From Gemmatimonadaceae bacterium (GTDB taxonomy: Bacteria > Gemmatimonadota > Gemmatimonadetes > Gemmatimonadales > Gemmatimonadaceae), in the NCBI GenBank assembly GCA_045803545.1, contig JBJMOW010000005.1, positions 288,001 through 352,000 of the forward strand: a DNA stretch of 64,000 bases, written 5' to 3'. Each line of letters begins with the position of its first letter. Within the stretch, counting starts at the first letter, position 1. Below are positions 48,778 through 59,322 of the stretch, piece by piece. Under the pieces are notes generated by a model. That model ran no database searches. It worked only from the letters and a program-made list of their open reading frames with translations, and was not told the origin of the DNA. The translations under genes and the position numbers were made by a program.

Positions 48778-50376
48778 GTGGGCAGCGTATTGCGTGGCGA
48801 CGACGGCGTGACAATGCCACAGCCGGTCGTCAAAAATCGGAGACTAAGGTTCTCCACCCCGGTGAACGGGCCCGTCAAGTTCGGGCACGAGGCGCCGGCC
48901 ATCGGCACGACGAGCCCCTGGGCCCGGCCCACACCCCTCATCATCCAGGGTCGCGCACGCGCCGTCGAACGCGCGCGGATCGCCGAGACCGCTACCCGCA
49001 TCGCGGTGCTCCTAGTCGTCGATCTGCTCATTCTCTTCCTCGCGCACGCTGTCGTCGATGCCGCGCGCGCGTCGACCGCATTCGGCGGGGGTCTGGCGGT
49101 GTTTCTACTGGACCTTATCCCTCGCGGCAGTTTCCCGCGCGTCGAGGTCCTAACCGCGGTCGTCATCGGCCTCACGATTTTCGGCAACTATCGCGGCAAG
49201 TCCGCCTGGCATAACGCAATCAATCTCCTCGCCGGAGTCAGTCTCGGACTGTCTCTGGTGTTCTGGAGTCGCATCTGGACCGACATAACCCTCGCGAGAG
49301 TGCTCGGCTATCTGGTGGTTCTCGCCGCCGTCGCCGTCGCTCTTTCGAGCGGTCGGTACATTTTGTTCAAGCTGGTCGAGCGAGTCCGTCCAACACCGCT
49401 CAAAGTCTCGCGCGCGGTCATTCTTGGATCCCGCCGGCGCGCCGAGGGGCTCCAGCGCTCCGAAGGTGTTCGCCTCAATCCGCACCTCGAGGTTGCCGGC
49501 TACGTCACGCTCGACGGCAACGTCAGCGACGGGTCGCTCGGCTCGCTGTCTGACCTCGTGTGGATTCTCGAGCGTCACGATGTAGACAGCATCATCCTCG
49601 CCGATCATCTCGACGACGATGCGCTGTTCGATGTCCTCGCGGTTGGTGAGCGTACCGGCTGCGAGGTCCTTCTCGACGCACCGATGTTCCCGCTCGGCGG
49701 CTTCGTGCCGCGTATCGTCACGCGCGGCAACATTCCCTACATCACCATCACCAGGCCGAGCCTTCGGTTGCGGCAGCTGGTCTCGAAGCGCGCTTTCGAC
49801 GTTGTCTGCGCATCACTGCTGCTCGTAACGCTGGCACCGGTATTCGCCGTCATTGCGCTGGTTGTACGGCTGACGTCGAAGGGACCGGCATTTTTCCGTC
49901 AGGCTCGCGTCGGCTACGGCGGCAAGCCGTTCCACATGTACAAGTTCCGCAGCATGGTCAACAACGCGGAATCCCTCAAGGCGACGCTACAGACCCAAAG
50001 CATTTACAGCGACGCGAGGCTGTTCAAGATTCCGAACGATCCACGCATCACTCCGGTCGGACGCTTCCTGCGCCGGTCCAGTCTCGACGAGCTTCCGCAG
50101 TTGTGGAACGTATTGATGGGCGACATGTCGCTCGTTGGTCCGCGGCCGCCACTCGCCAGCGAAGTCGATACCTACGAAGAGCACAACTACACCCGCTTCG
50201 ACATGAAGCCCGGCATCACCGGGCCATGGCAAGTGGCGGGACGCAATCGAATCACCAGCTTCGACGAAGTCGTCGCGCTGGAGACGAATTATTTGACCGA
50301 CTGGTCGCTGATCAAGGACTTCTCGATCCTGATGAAAACCGTTCCCACTGTGCTCAGCATGAGCGGCGCAGTCTAG
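48778..50376 (+). CDS. Priming polyprenyl-phosphate sugar-1-phosphate transferase (WcaJ/WbaP-like); start uncertain
   Basis: 4 TMs + CoA-binding-like domain + [60 protein letters not shown]. Confidence 0.93.
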   Translation: MGSVLRGDDGVTMPQPVVKNRRLRFSTPVNGPVKFGHEAPAIGTTSPWARPTPLIIQGRARAVERARIAETATRIAVLLVVDLLILFLAHAVVDAARASTAFGGGLAVFLLDLIPRGSFPRVEVLTAVVIGLTIFGNYRGKSAWHNAINLLAGVSLGLSLVFWSRIWTDITLARVLGYLVVLAAVAVALSSGRYILFKLVERVRPTPLKVSRAVILGSRRRAEGLQRSEGVRLNPHLEVAGYVTLDGNVSDGSLGSLSDLVWILERHDVDSIILADHLDDDALFDVLAVGERTGCEVLLDAPMFPLGGFVPRIVTRGNIPYITITRPSLRLRQLVSKRAFDVVCASLLLVTLAPVFAVIALVVRLTSKGPAFFRQARVGYGGKPFHMYKFRSMVNNAESLKATLQTQSIYSDARLFKIPNDPRITPVGRFLRRSSLDELPQLWNVLMGDMSLVGPRPPLASEVDTYEEHNYTRFDMKPGITGPWQVAGRNRITSFDEVVALETNYLTDWSLIKDFSILMKTVPTVLSMSGAV

Positions 50377-50409
50377 AGACATTCTTTCCCGATTGAGATC
50401 GGAGGCAGC

Positions 50410-51231
50410 ATGGCAGTATCGGCTCGCAAATATTCGCTCGTCCTCGCCGGCGCTTTGATTGTCGCCGGCAACGCCGGCGCACAGAACCCGGACAGCCTGC
50501 GAAATCTCTACACGCTTCCGGTTCCCGTTCTGGCGCCGCAGCACTCACCAGTGCGGGCGTCGCCCGGTACGAGCGTGCAATCGCCGACGGCCTTCGGTGC
50601 CGACTGGGGCCAGGGGTACGTCGGGGCGGGCTATACATCGCGCATGCGTTATATCCACGGCGCAAATCAGATGGATGGCGCGGTGCTGGCGGCGTTCGGA
50701 TTCGGCAGTGCGACGAAGTATGTCGGTCTCGAGGCGACGGTGACTTCGTTCTCGACAGTGCGCTCCGGCTTCGGTAACCACAGCTCGGTGAGTTTCAAGG
50801 TTCATCGAGAGTTCCCCAGCAACTTCGCGCTCGCGGCAGGCTGGGAGGACGCGATCAGAACGGGCGGCACTGACGGCGGCACCAGCGGCTACGTCGTTGC
50901 GAGCAAGTGGTACAAGCGGCTCACTGCATCTGCAGGTATTGGCGGCGGACGCTTCAAGACCGAGACTGCGCTCGCCGAGGACAGAAAGACCTTGAACGCG
51001 TTCGGCAGCCTGGCCTTCCAGGTCGCCAGCCCGATCTCGCTCATCACCGATTGGTCGGGACAGGATCTCGGCATTGGTGCTTCGCTCGTTCCGCTAAAGA
51101 GTATTCCTCTCTACATCGAGCCTGCGTTCGTCGACCTCACCGGTTCTGCAGGTGATGGCGCGCGCTTCGTGCTCGGTGTCGGATTTGGTTTCAGGTACAG
51201 TCAGCTCGCGTCACTCTTCGGATCCCACTAA
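50410..51231 (+). CDS. Exported protein, putative outer-membrane beta-barrel (copy 2)
   Basis: GGAGG RBS; signal peptide AGA-Q; shares PTA(F/Y)GADWG, RMRY, TSFSTVRSGF, SFKVHR, GSAGDGARFV with 47043-47891. Confidence 0.62.
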   Translation: MAVSARKYSLVLAGALIVAGNAGAQNPDSLRNLYTLPVPVLAPQHSPVRASPGTSVQSPTAFGADWGQGYVGAGYTSRMRYIHGANQMDGAVLAAFGFGSATKYVGLEATVTSFSTVRSGFGNHSSVSFKVHREFPSNFALAAGWEDAIRTGGTDGGTSGYVVASKWYKRLTASAGIGGGRFKTETALAEDRKTLNAFGSLAFQVASPISLITDWSGQDLGIGASLVPLKSIPLYIEPAFVDLTGSAGDGARFVLGVGFGFRYSQLASLFGSH

Positions 51232-51243
51232 CCGGGTACGGCC

Positions 51244-51897
51244 ATGAAAATCAAAGCGTATGCACTGCTCTGCGCCCTCGGTCTGTTCGCCTCGGCTCCC
51301 GTCTACGCGCAAGGCAACGGGCATCACTACGGTAAAGGTCACGGCAAGGGGAATCCTCATTCCGACAAGCAGGGCCACGACAACAACGGCTCTGACAAGC
51401 ACGATCGCGACGGTGACGATGACGACGATCGTTCCGAGCGTCGCTTCGGCTTGCTGAAGACCCGCGTGAATGATGTTGTCGCGGCGCTGTCGATCGGCAC
51501 CTTCACGCTGGCTGACGGCGCGCCGGTTCCGCTCATCGCGCAGGGCAAGCTCTACGTGGTGATGACCAATGCAATGACCGCCGCGGAGATGCCGCCCGCC
51601 CTCGGCACGCTCGCATCGACTGGTGCAGCGGTGTCGTTGGACTCACCCGATGCGACAGCGGCGAGTGTAGCGCGCTTCGTGGCGTCGTTCGCCGACGCCG
51701 GGGCCCCGTCGCAGGTCAGCTTCAACTTGCTTACCCAGGATCTCGCCGGCCTTGCCTTCAATCCGCGGCAGGTGCCGAAAGTGGTCGCCGATTTCAATGA
51801 GTTCGTAAAGACGGCGTCACCAGCGTTCCTTGCCAATCCACCCGCCGAGTTTCTCGCGTTGCACGCGGTGCTTGGGAGGTTTGTTAAGGGGATGTAG
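51244..51897 (+). CDS. Secreted hypothetical protein, His/Asp-rich N-terminus (copy 2)
   Basis: Signal peptide VYA-Q; GHHYGKGHG..HDRDGDDDDD; C-terminal FNEF..ASPAFLANPPAEFLA shared with 47920-48510. Confidence 0.7.
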   Translation: MKIKAYALLCALGLFASAPVYAQGNGHHYGKGHGKGNPHSDKQGHDNNGSDKHDRDGDDDDDRSERRFGLLKTRVNDVVAALSIGTFTLADGAPVPLIAQGKLYVVMTNAMTAAEMPPALGTLASTGAAVSLDSPDATAASVARFVASFADAGAPSQVSFNLLTQDLAGLAFNPRQVPKVVADFNEFVKTASPAFLANPPAEFLALHAVLGRFVKGM

Positions 51898-51899
51898 GC

Positions 51900-51934
51900 G
51901 GGAGGCGGGAAGCGGGAAGCGGGAAGCGGGAAGC
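51900..51934 (+). repeat. GGGAAGC heptamer tandem array
   Basis: GGGAGGC followed by four exact GGGAAGC units, between two convergent stop codons. Confidence 0.9.
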
Positions 51935-51942
51935 GCGGGCGA

Positions 51943-53241
51943 TTAGTTTCGGCCGCGCTTTTCTATTTTGGCCCCGGAGCGGGTCAGGCGCGCGGCAAGG
52001 TTGTCGTCGAGGCGCGCGTTGACCACGAGTTGGCCGTCTTCGGTGCGTTGGCTGATTACCGAGGCATCGCGGTAGATCTCGGCTAGTAGCCTTCCATCGC
52101 TGGCAGGCAAACGGATCTCCGCGATCTCGGTTCCTTTCCGTGCTACGACCATCAGCGCGCGGCGCAGGGGCTCCAGGCCATCTTCGTCGACCGAGCTCAC
52201 GAACACTGCTGACGTCGGCAGCAGGTTGGCGATTCTCTGCTGCAGCGCGGTCAGTTCGGGCGTCGGCAGCGCATCGATCTTGGAGAACACGTAAAGCACC
52301 GGCTTCTCGGCCGCGCCGAGCTCCGCGAGTACCTGGTCCACCACCTGGCGCTGTTCCTCCCAATTCGCATGGCTGGCGTCGATCACGTGCAGCAGGAGAT
52401 CGGCTTCGTTCACTTCCTCGAGCGTGGCGCGGAAGCTCGCGACCAGATTGTGCGGCAGCTTGCGGATGAATCCGACCGTATCGGTCAGCAGGACTTTCAG
52501 GTTCTCGCCGAGGTCGATCTCGCGCGTCAAAGGATCCAGGGTGGCGAACAGGCGGTCCTCGACGAAGACGTTCGGATCGTTGCCGATCGCGCGCAGAATC
52601 GATGATTTGCCCGCGTTGGTGTAGCCAACCAGCGATGCCCGAAACGCGTCGCGCCGGCCGGAACGCTGCACCACGCGCGACTTCTGCACGTCCTCGAGTC
52701 GCTGCTTGAGGGTCTTGATGCGGTGATTGATCAGTCGTCGGTCGGTTTCGAGCTGCGTTTCACCCGGACCTCTCACTCCGATGCCGCCGCGGAATTTCTC
52801 GAGGTGCGCCCACATCCGCGTCAGTCGCGGCAGCATGTACTGAAGCTGCGCCAGCTCGACCTGCATCTTGGCTTCGCTCGACCGAGCGCGCGTCGCAAAG
52901 ATGTCGAGAATCAGCTCGGCGCGATCCATCACCCGCTGACCGGTGGCGTCTTCGATGTTCTTGCCCTGCGACGGCGACAGCTCGTCATCGAAGACGACGA
53001 GTGAAGCATTCTTCGCGACGATCTCGTCGCGCAGCTCGTCGACTTTGCCCTTGCCGAGGTAAGTCGCTGGATTGGGCTTGTCGATTTGCTGGGTGACTTC
53101 GCCGACGACGACAGCGCCTGCCGTATCGACCAGTCGCTCGAGCTCTTCCAGATGCTCCGCGACAGTGTGTCTCGCGTTGGACCGCTTGCGCGGCGCTCCC
53201 ACCAGAATCGCGCGCTCGATTGGCGCGCTTAACTCGATCAA
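51943..53241 (-). CDS. hflX: Ribosome-associated GTPase HflX
   Basis: ILDIFA.RA.S.EAK.QVELAQL.Y.LPRL, GPGETQLETDRR, GYTNAGKS, LFATLD, DTVGFI. Confidence 0.96.
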   Translation of the reverse strand: MIELSAPIERAILVGAPRKRSNARHTVAEHLEELERLVDTAGAVVVGEVTQQIDKPNPATYLGKGKVDELRDEIVAKNASLVVFDDELSPSQGKNIEDATGQRVMDRAELILDIFATRARSSEAKMQVELAQLQYMLPRLTRMWAHLEKFRGGIGVRGPGETQLETDRRLINHRIKTLKQRLEDVQKSRVVQRSGRRDAFRASLVGYTNAGKSSILRAIGNDPNVFVEDRLFATLDPLTREIDLGENLKVLLTDTVGFIRKLPHNLVASFRATLEEVNEADLLLHVIDASHANWEEQRQVVDQVLAELGAAEKPVLYVFSKIDALPTPELTALQQRIANLLPTSAVFVSSVDEDGLEPLRRALMVVARKGTEIAEIRLPASDGRLLAEIYRDASVISQRTEDGQLVVNARLDDNLAARLTRSGAKIEKRGRN

Positions 53242-53274
53242 TTCCCTCGGAATCTCTACCTCTCCGACGTCAGC

Positions 53275-54594
<1,320 letters not shown>

Positions 54595-54631
54595 TTAGTT
54601 GGGGCTGGGTTTCGGATTGCGGACTTTAAGG

Positions 54632-54817
54632 CGCACTGCCTCGCTGAGCGCTGTCAGCTACACGCCAACCGCTGAGCGCTGCGTGCAACGGGACATATCA
54701 CGGTAAGGCGTGGCAACAACTTAGATAATTTTTGCCGTTACGCCAGCCGAATCTGTCCCGTCGCCTGCAGCGCCAAGCTGTCAGCGTGAAGCTATCAGCG
54801 CTCAGCGAGGTAGTACG
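54632..54817 (-). other. Long imperfect inverted repeat (rod-like hairpin; ncRNA or MITE-like)
   Basis: Arms pair almost continuously, e.g. CCTCGCTGAGCGCTG/CAGCGCTCAGCGAGG and ACGGGACA/TGTCCCGT, around an AT-rich loop near 54717-54730. Confidence 0.75.
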
Positions 54818-54863
54818 GTTTTTAGCTCGTAGCCGGAGTCTATGTCGGCTTCGTAGCCGGAGT

Positions 54864-55364
54864 CTACCTCGGCGCGTTCTGCGCTCCCCCGAACGCCGAG
54901 AACCGGCCCGATCCCGTATACGGAACCGTAAAGTTTCCGATCGGCGTGCCGACGGTGACATCACCCGTCACCGTGTACGGAACCGACCCGCTCTGCATCA
55001 TCTGCCGTCCCGCAGCGCCGATACCCGCGTAGGTAAAGTCGATTGGGATTCGCACCGTCGTCGAATCGTTGTTCTGCACCGTGAAACGCGAATCCAAAGC
55101 GCCGGTGCCGAGCGGATTGTCGCCGACCTTCACGTTGTAGGTGAGACGCGTCGCGTCGAGCCTGAATCCGTTCGGGTTGTAGACGCTGAGGTACGCGTCG
55201 ATCGAGCCGCCGGTAAGGCCAAGTCCTCTCACGCGCAGATCCTTGAACGAGACGATTGGCTCCTTGAATCCGGCGCGGCCGAGTGTGGCGCATCCGGCGA
55301 TTGCGATTGCTGCGAGTGCGGCGACAGCGAGCTTCGTTCTCTGCTGCATCAATTTCCGCATCAT
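54864..55364 (-). CDS. LEA type 2 (WHy domain) lipoprotein
   Basis: Lipobox IAG-C; VYNPNGF motif; beta-rich. Confidence 0.88.
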   Translation of the reverse strand: MMRKLMQQRTKLAVAALAAIAIAGCATLGRAGFKEPIVSFKDLRVRGLGLTGGSIDAYLSVYNPNGFRLDATRLTYNVKVGDNPLGTGALDSRFTVQNNDSTTVRIPIDFTYAGIGAAGRQMMQSGSVPYTVTGDVTVGTPIGNFTVPYTGSGRFSAFGGAQNAPR

Positions 55365-56839
55365 TCGTCTTTCTCCTTTCCTGCCGGCGCGTCCTGCACC
55401 GGCTCTGTTGTATCGCCCGACGAGGCTTTCGCCGAGCTTACGTTGTCTGCTCCACGCTGGCTCTTGTCACCCTCCGGGGACGCCGGCGTGGACACTTTGG
55501 CCTTCAAGTCGGCCCACCATTGGAGGCGTTTGGCGACTTCCTTCTCGAATCCGAAGGGTCCAGGCTCGTAGAAGATCCGTCCGCGCAACTCCTCCGGCAG
55601 GTACTCTTGCGGGATGTATGCCTCTGGCACCGAGTGGGCGTATTGGTAGCCCTCGTGGTAGCCGAGCTCCTTCATCAGCCGCGTCGGGGCATTGCGGATG
55701 TGCATTGGAACCTGAGCGGCAGGGGTTTCGCGGGCTGCTTCCATCGCCGCGTTGAGTCCCTGGTAGGAGCGGTTTGATTTGGGCGCGGTGGCGAGATAGA
55801 TGACCATCTGCGCCAGCGGCAAGTATCCTTCCGGCGGACCAAGCTGGTGGTACGCGTCGCGCGCCGCCACCGCTAACTGAAGTGCCTGCGGATCGGCAAG
55901 CCCAATGTCTTCGGCCGCCATCGCAAGGCTGCGGCGGAAGATCGTCATCGGATCTTCGCCGCCTTCGATCATCCGCGCCATCCAGTACAGCGCGCCTTGC
56001 GGATCGCTGCCGCGCAGCGACTTGTGATACGCGGAGAGCATGTTGAAGTGGACTTCGCCACTCTTGTCGTGCACCGCAAACCGTTTCTGCATCGCATCGC
56101 GCGCGACCTGGACAGTGACGCGACCCGCTGGGCCAACGTGATCGGCTGACGCTTCGAGCACCGTAAGTGCGCGGCGCGCGTCGCCATCTGCTTCGACGGT
56201 GATGATCTCGCGCGCATCATCTTCAAGGGTGACCTTCATCGCGCCGAGTCCACGTTCCTCGTCGAGTAGCGCGCGATCGATCACGGCGCCGATGTCACCG
56301 GCGGTGAGCGGATTCAACACGAACACCCGCAGCCGCGAGAGCAGCGCGCCGTTGATCTCGAATGACGGATTCTCGGTCGTCGCGCCGACGAGAGTGATAG
56401 TCCCTGCTTCGACATGCGGCAGGAACGCATCCTGTTGCGCTTTGTTGAAGCGATGGATCTCGTCGACGAAGAGAATGGTCTGGCGGCCCATTTGGAGTCG
56501 CTGCTCCGCTTCGTCCACGACTTCGCGGACGCGGGCGATTCCTTCGGTGACCGCGGAGAACGGGACGAAATCGCGATCGGTGTACTGGGCGATCAATCGA
56601 CCGAGAGTGGTCTTGCCGGACCCCGGCGGTCCCCAGAATACCATCGACTTGATGTTGCCGGTCTCGATCGCCGACCTCAGTGCTTTACCCGGTGCAAGTA
56701 AATGCTCCTGGCCGACAAATTCCTCCAGAGTGCGCGGCCGCATCCGCGCGGCGAGTGGCTGCGCGGTTTCGCGAGCGCTGAAGAGCGAATCTTCGCGCCG
56801 GTGAATGTTGGAAGGAGCCTGGCGAAATTTCTTGGGCAT
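55361..56839 (-). CDS. rarA: Replication-associated recombination protein A (AAA+ ATPase)
   Basis: PLAARMRP, GPPGSGKTT, LFVDEIHRFNKAQQD, GATTENPSF, HKSLRGSD, EDIGLADP, APKSN. Confidence 0.96.
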   Translation of the reverse strand: MPKKFRQAPSNIHRREDSLFSARETAQPLAARMRPRTLEEFVGQEHLLAPGKALRSAIETGNIKSMVFWGPPGSGKTTLGRLIAQYTDRDFVPFSAVTEGIARVREVVDEAEQRLQMGRQTILFVDEIHRFNKAQQDAFLPHVEAGTITLVGATTENPSFEINGALLSRLRVFVLNPLTAGDIGAVIDRALLDEERGLGAMKVTLEDDAREIITVEADGDARRALTVLEASADHVGPAGRVTVQVARDAMQKRFAVHDKSGEVHFNMLSAYHKSLRGSDPQGALYWMARMIEGGEDPMTIFRRSLAMAAEDIGLADPQALQLAVAARDAYHQLGPPEGYLPLAQMVIYLATAPKSNRSYQGLNAAMEAARETPAAQVPMHIRNAPTRLMKELGYHEGYQYAHSVPEAYIPQEYLPEELRGRIFYEPGPFGFEKEVAKRLQWWADLKAKVSTPASPEGDKSQRGADNVSSAKASSGDTTEPVQDAPAGKEKDE

Positions 56840-56874
56840 TAGTTGCGAGCTGCGTGATGCGAGCTAACGGATCG

Positions 56875-56923
56875 GTCCGAGTTGCGAGCTAAGTCCGAGT
56901 TGCGAGCTAAGTCCGAGTTGCGA
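56875..56923. repeat. 18-bp tandem repeat GTCCGAGTTGCGAGCTAA (2 full + 1 partial copy)
   Basis: Exact copies at 56875-56892 and 56893-56910, partial at 56911-56923; further TGCGAG cores between 56843 and 56943. Confidence 0.88.
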
Positions 56924-57102
56924 ACCTACTGCGAGGTGCGAGCCATTTGATGGTGGAAAATGGCATCGCACGATAGAAAACATACATCGCGGGAGGTCCG
57001 ACATTCGGAGCAGCAAGCCTATCAGGACCTGAGCATAGCATTTTTCGCGTGGCTAGCACTCGTCCTGCAGTCAACAATGTTTAGCCTGGAATAGGAGTCC
57101 TC

Positions 57103-58446
57103 ATGAGTCGTACTTCGTTCGCTGCCGCGCTCGTGGTCCTTGCTGCTGCCGTCGGATGTAGCAGCGATGCAAGCGGTCCGACAACAAGCGACACACCGCC
57201 GACCCTATCAATTGTCGGCGGTGACGGACAATCTGCCGGCCCGTCGCATGCCGTTGACCAGCCGCTCATCGTTCAGGCGAAATCGGCAACTGGGAATCCG
57301 CTCGCAGATTACGTCGTCACGTGGACCGTAAGCGGAGGGGGCCAGGTCTCACCCAGCTCGCAGACCACTGACGCCTCCGGTCAGGCCCAGGCGCAGTGGA
57401 CTTTGGGGTCCAGCGGTGCGCAGGAAGTAGAGGCCCGCATCTATTACAGGGCATCCGAAGGGCTGTTGCCTATCTCCGCAAAATTCTCGGGGGCTATCAC
57501 TGCGTCGCCACCGACGCAACGAAAGCCGGCGATCCTCCACTACGATGGCGCTACCTGGGCGATCGTCTATCAGCCGGCGGTCGTCGCGGGTGTGGTATCC
57601 GTGCTTTCGATCTGGGGTAGCTCACCGTCTTCGATCTTTGCGGTTGGAGAGTATTGCGGAGTGGAGGCAGATCTTAGATACGACGGCACATCCTGGAGTC
57701 CGGCGGTGCCGGAAGGCCCTCCGGGATGCACCGGCCTGGGACCGATAGAAAACAACGTATCAGGCAGCTCGGCGTCGAACGTTTTCCGGATCCAATCCGG
57801 CGGTGTGCCGCCCTCTGGGCACGGCAGTGTGGTGCAACACTTTGACGGCACGAACTGGTCGAATCCCTACGCACACGGCTGCGACGTCGGTGCTTCGAGC
57901 TGCAATGCGGCCCTGAACGCGGTCTGGACAGATTCTCCTAACAACGTTGTCGTGGTCGGCAATCAGGGATTCATTGTGCAGTACAACGGAACTTCATGGA
58001 CGGCAGCTACCAGCGGAACGACCGCGAATCTGCAGGCGGTTTGGGGAGTAGCGTCAGCTCCCACGCCGCGCGTGTTCGCGGTTGGCGATGGGGGCACCAT
58101 TCTGGTGTACGACGGAACCTCGTGGCAGCCCCAGTCAAGCGGCACTGCGCAGACCCTGCGGGGAGTATGGGGCACGTCTGCGACGAACGTCTTCGCCGTA
58201 GGCGATGGCGGCGTGATTCTGCATTACGATGGGACGACATGGTCGACGCAAACCAGCGGTGGACGCGCGTTATACGGAATCTGGGGCAGCAGTCCAACGT
58301 CGGTATTCGCCGTTGGCGATGGTCCAACGGTTTTACGTTACGACGGGACGAGCTGGACATCGATGGCTATCTCTATCCCGATCGACCTCCGTGCGGTTTG
58401 GGGAAGTTCAGCCGACAACGTTTACGCAGTGGGTCACGGTCAATAG
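57103..58446 (+). CDS. Lipoprotein with Ig-like domain and beta-propeller-type repeats
   Basis: AGGAG RBS; lipobox AVG-C; GDGQ..TDASGQA..WTLG Ig-like segment; ~40-aa repeats WG.S...VFAVGDGG.IL.YDGT.W. Confidence 0.75.
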   Translation: MSRTSFAAALVVLAAAVGCSSDASGPTTSDTPPTLSIVGGDGQSAGPSHAVDQPLIVQAKSATGNPLADYVVTWTVSGGGQVSPSSQTTDASGQAQAQWTLGSSGAQEVEARIYYRASEGLLPISAKFSGAITASPPTQRKPAILHYDGATWAIVYQPAVVAGVVSVLSIWGSSPSSIFAVGEYCGVEADLRYDGTSWSPAVPEGPPGCTGLGPIENNVSGSSASNVFRIQSGGVPPSGHGSVVQHFDGTNWSNPYAHGCDVGASSCNAALNAVWTDSPNNVVVVGNQGFIVQYNGTSWTAATSGTTANLQAVWGVASAPTPRVFAVGDGGTILVYDGTSWQPQSSGTAQTLRGVWGTSATNVFAVGDGGVILHYDGTTWSTQTSGGRALYGIWGSSPTSVFAVGDGPTVLRYDGTSWTSMAISIPIDLRAVWGSSADNVYAVGHGQ

Positions 58447-58498
58447 CGCTGGCGATTCGCGGGGCAGATCGCCATAGTGTGGTGAATTCCGCCAGCAC

Positions 58499-59281
58499 TT
58501 GTTGACCAAACCCACACGAACATTGAAAGTCGCTCTTGGCGAGTACGACACGGGCTGGCACGACGTCTCCGCCTCGGTGTCTCGCGCGCGCGATCTCGCC
58601 AGACAAGCCAAAGCAGCGGGCGGAGACATCCTTCTTCTCCCGGAGATGTTCGCGACTGGGTTCACGATGGACGCTGGTTTTGCGGAACCGGAAGATGGAC
58701 CGACTGCGCAGGCAATGCGTGCGCTCGCCGCAACCGAGAAATTATGGATTCTCGCCGGGATTCCAGTGCGCAAGAGTGATGGGCGTTTCGCGAACACTGC
58801 GCGGCTTTTCTCGCCCGACGGCAGCTCCAACGAATCCTACGAAAAACAACGATTGTTCGTCTACGCCGACGAGAACACCATCTACAGCCCCGGGGAAGCT
58901 CCGTGCATCGTCGAGATGGACGGCCTGAAGGCAGGCGTCCTGATCTGTTTCGATCTCCGCTTCCCTGAGTTGTTTCGCGAAATTGGCTCTGACGTCGACG
59001 CTTTTTTCCTCATCGCGAACTGGCCGGAAAGCCGCCAGGAACACTGGGACGTTCTCACGCGCGCGCGCGCGATCGAGAACCAGTGCTACGTCGTCGCCGT
59101 CAATCGGATCGGCGAAGGCGGCGGACTTCGGTATGCAGGCGGATCTGTGGCTTACGATCCACTGGGGAATCGATGCGATGTCGCTGTGAGCGGCTCGTCA
59201 TTGCGCCTCGCACAGTTATCGGCCGCGAAAGTGCGAGAGGTGCGCACCGCCTTCCCACTCGGGCAGCCGGCTCCGCGCTGA
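58499..59281 (+). CDS. Carbon-nitrogen hydrolase (nitrilase family, omega-amidase-like)
   Basis: Glu-Lys-Cys triad motifs LPEMF, YEKQRLF, ICFDLRFPE; ARAIENQ. Confidence 0.9.
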   Translation: MLTKPTRTLKVALGEYDTGWHDVSASVSRARDLARQAKAAGGDILLLPEMFATGFTMDAGFAEPEDGPTAQAMRALAATEKLWILAGIPVRKSDGRFANTARLFSPDGSSNESYEKQRLFVYADENTIYSPGEAPCIVEMDGLKAGVLICFDLRFPELFREIGSDVDAFFLIANWPESRQEHWDVLTRARAIENQCYVVAVNRIGEGGGLRYAGGSVAYDPLGNRCDVAVSGSSLRLAQLSAAKVREVRTAFPLGQPAPR

Positions 59282-59322
59282 CTTGCGAAAACTCAAAGCT
59301 TCAGACAGAAGACGACCGTACC

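Noticed and set aside
48033..49187. 384-aa minus-strand ORF spanning the terminator
   Set aside because: Antisense to two supported genes, crosses a clear terminator and has no recognisable domain.
56875..56923. Possible CRISPR array
   Set aside because: Repeats are contiguous 18-mers with no spacers, and there are no cas genes.
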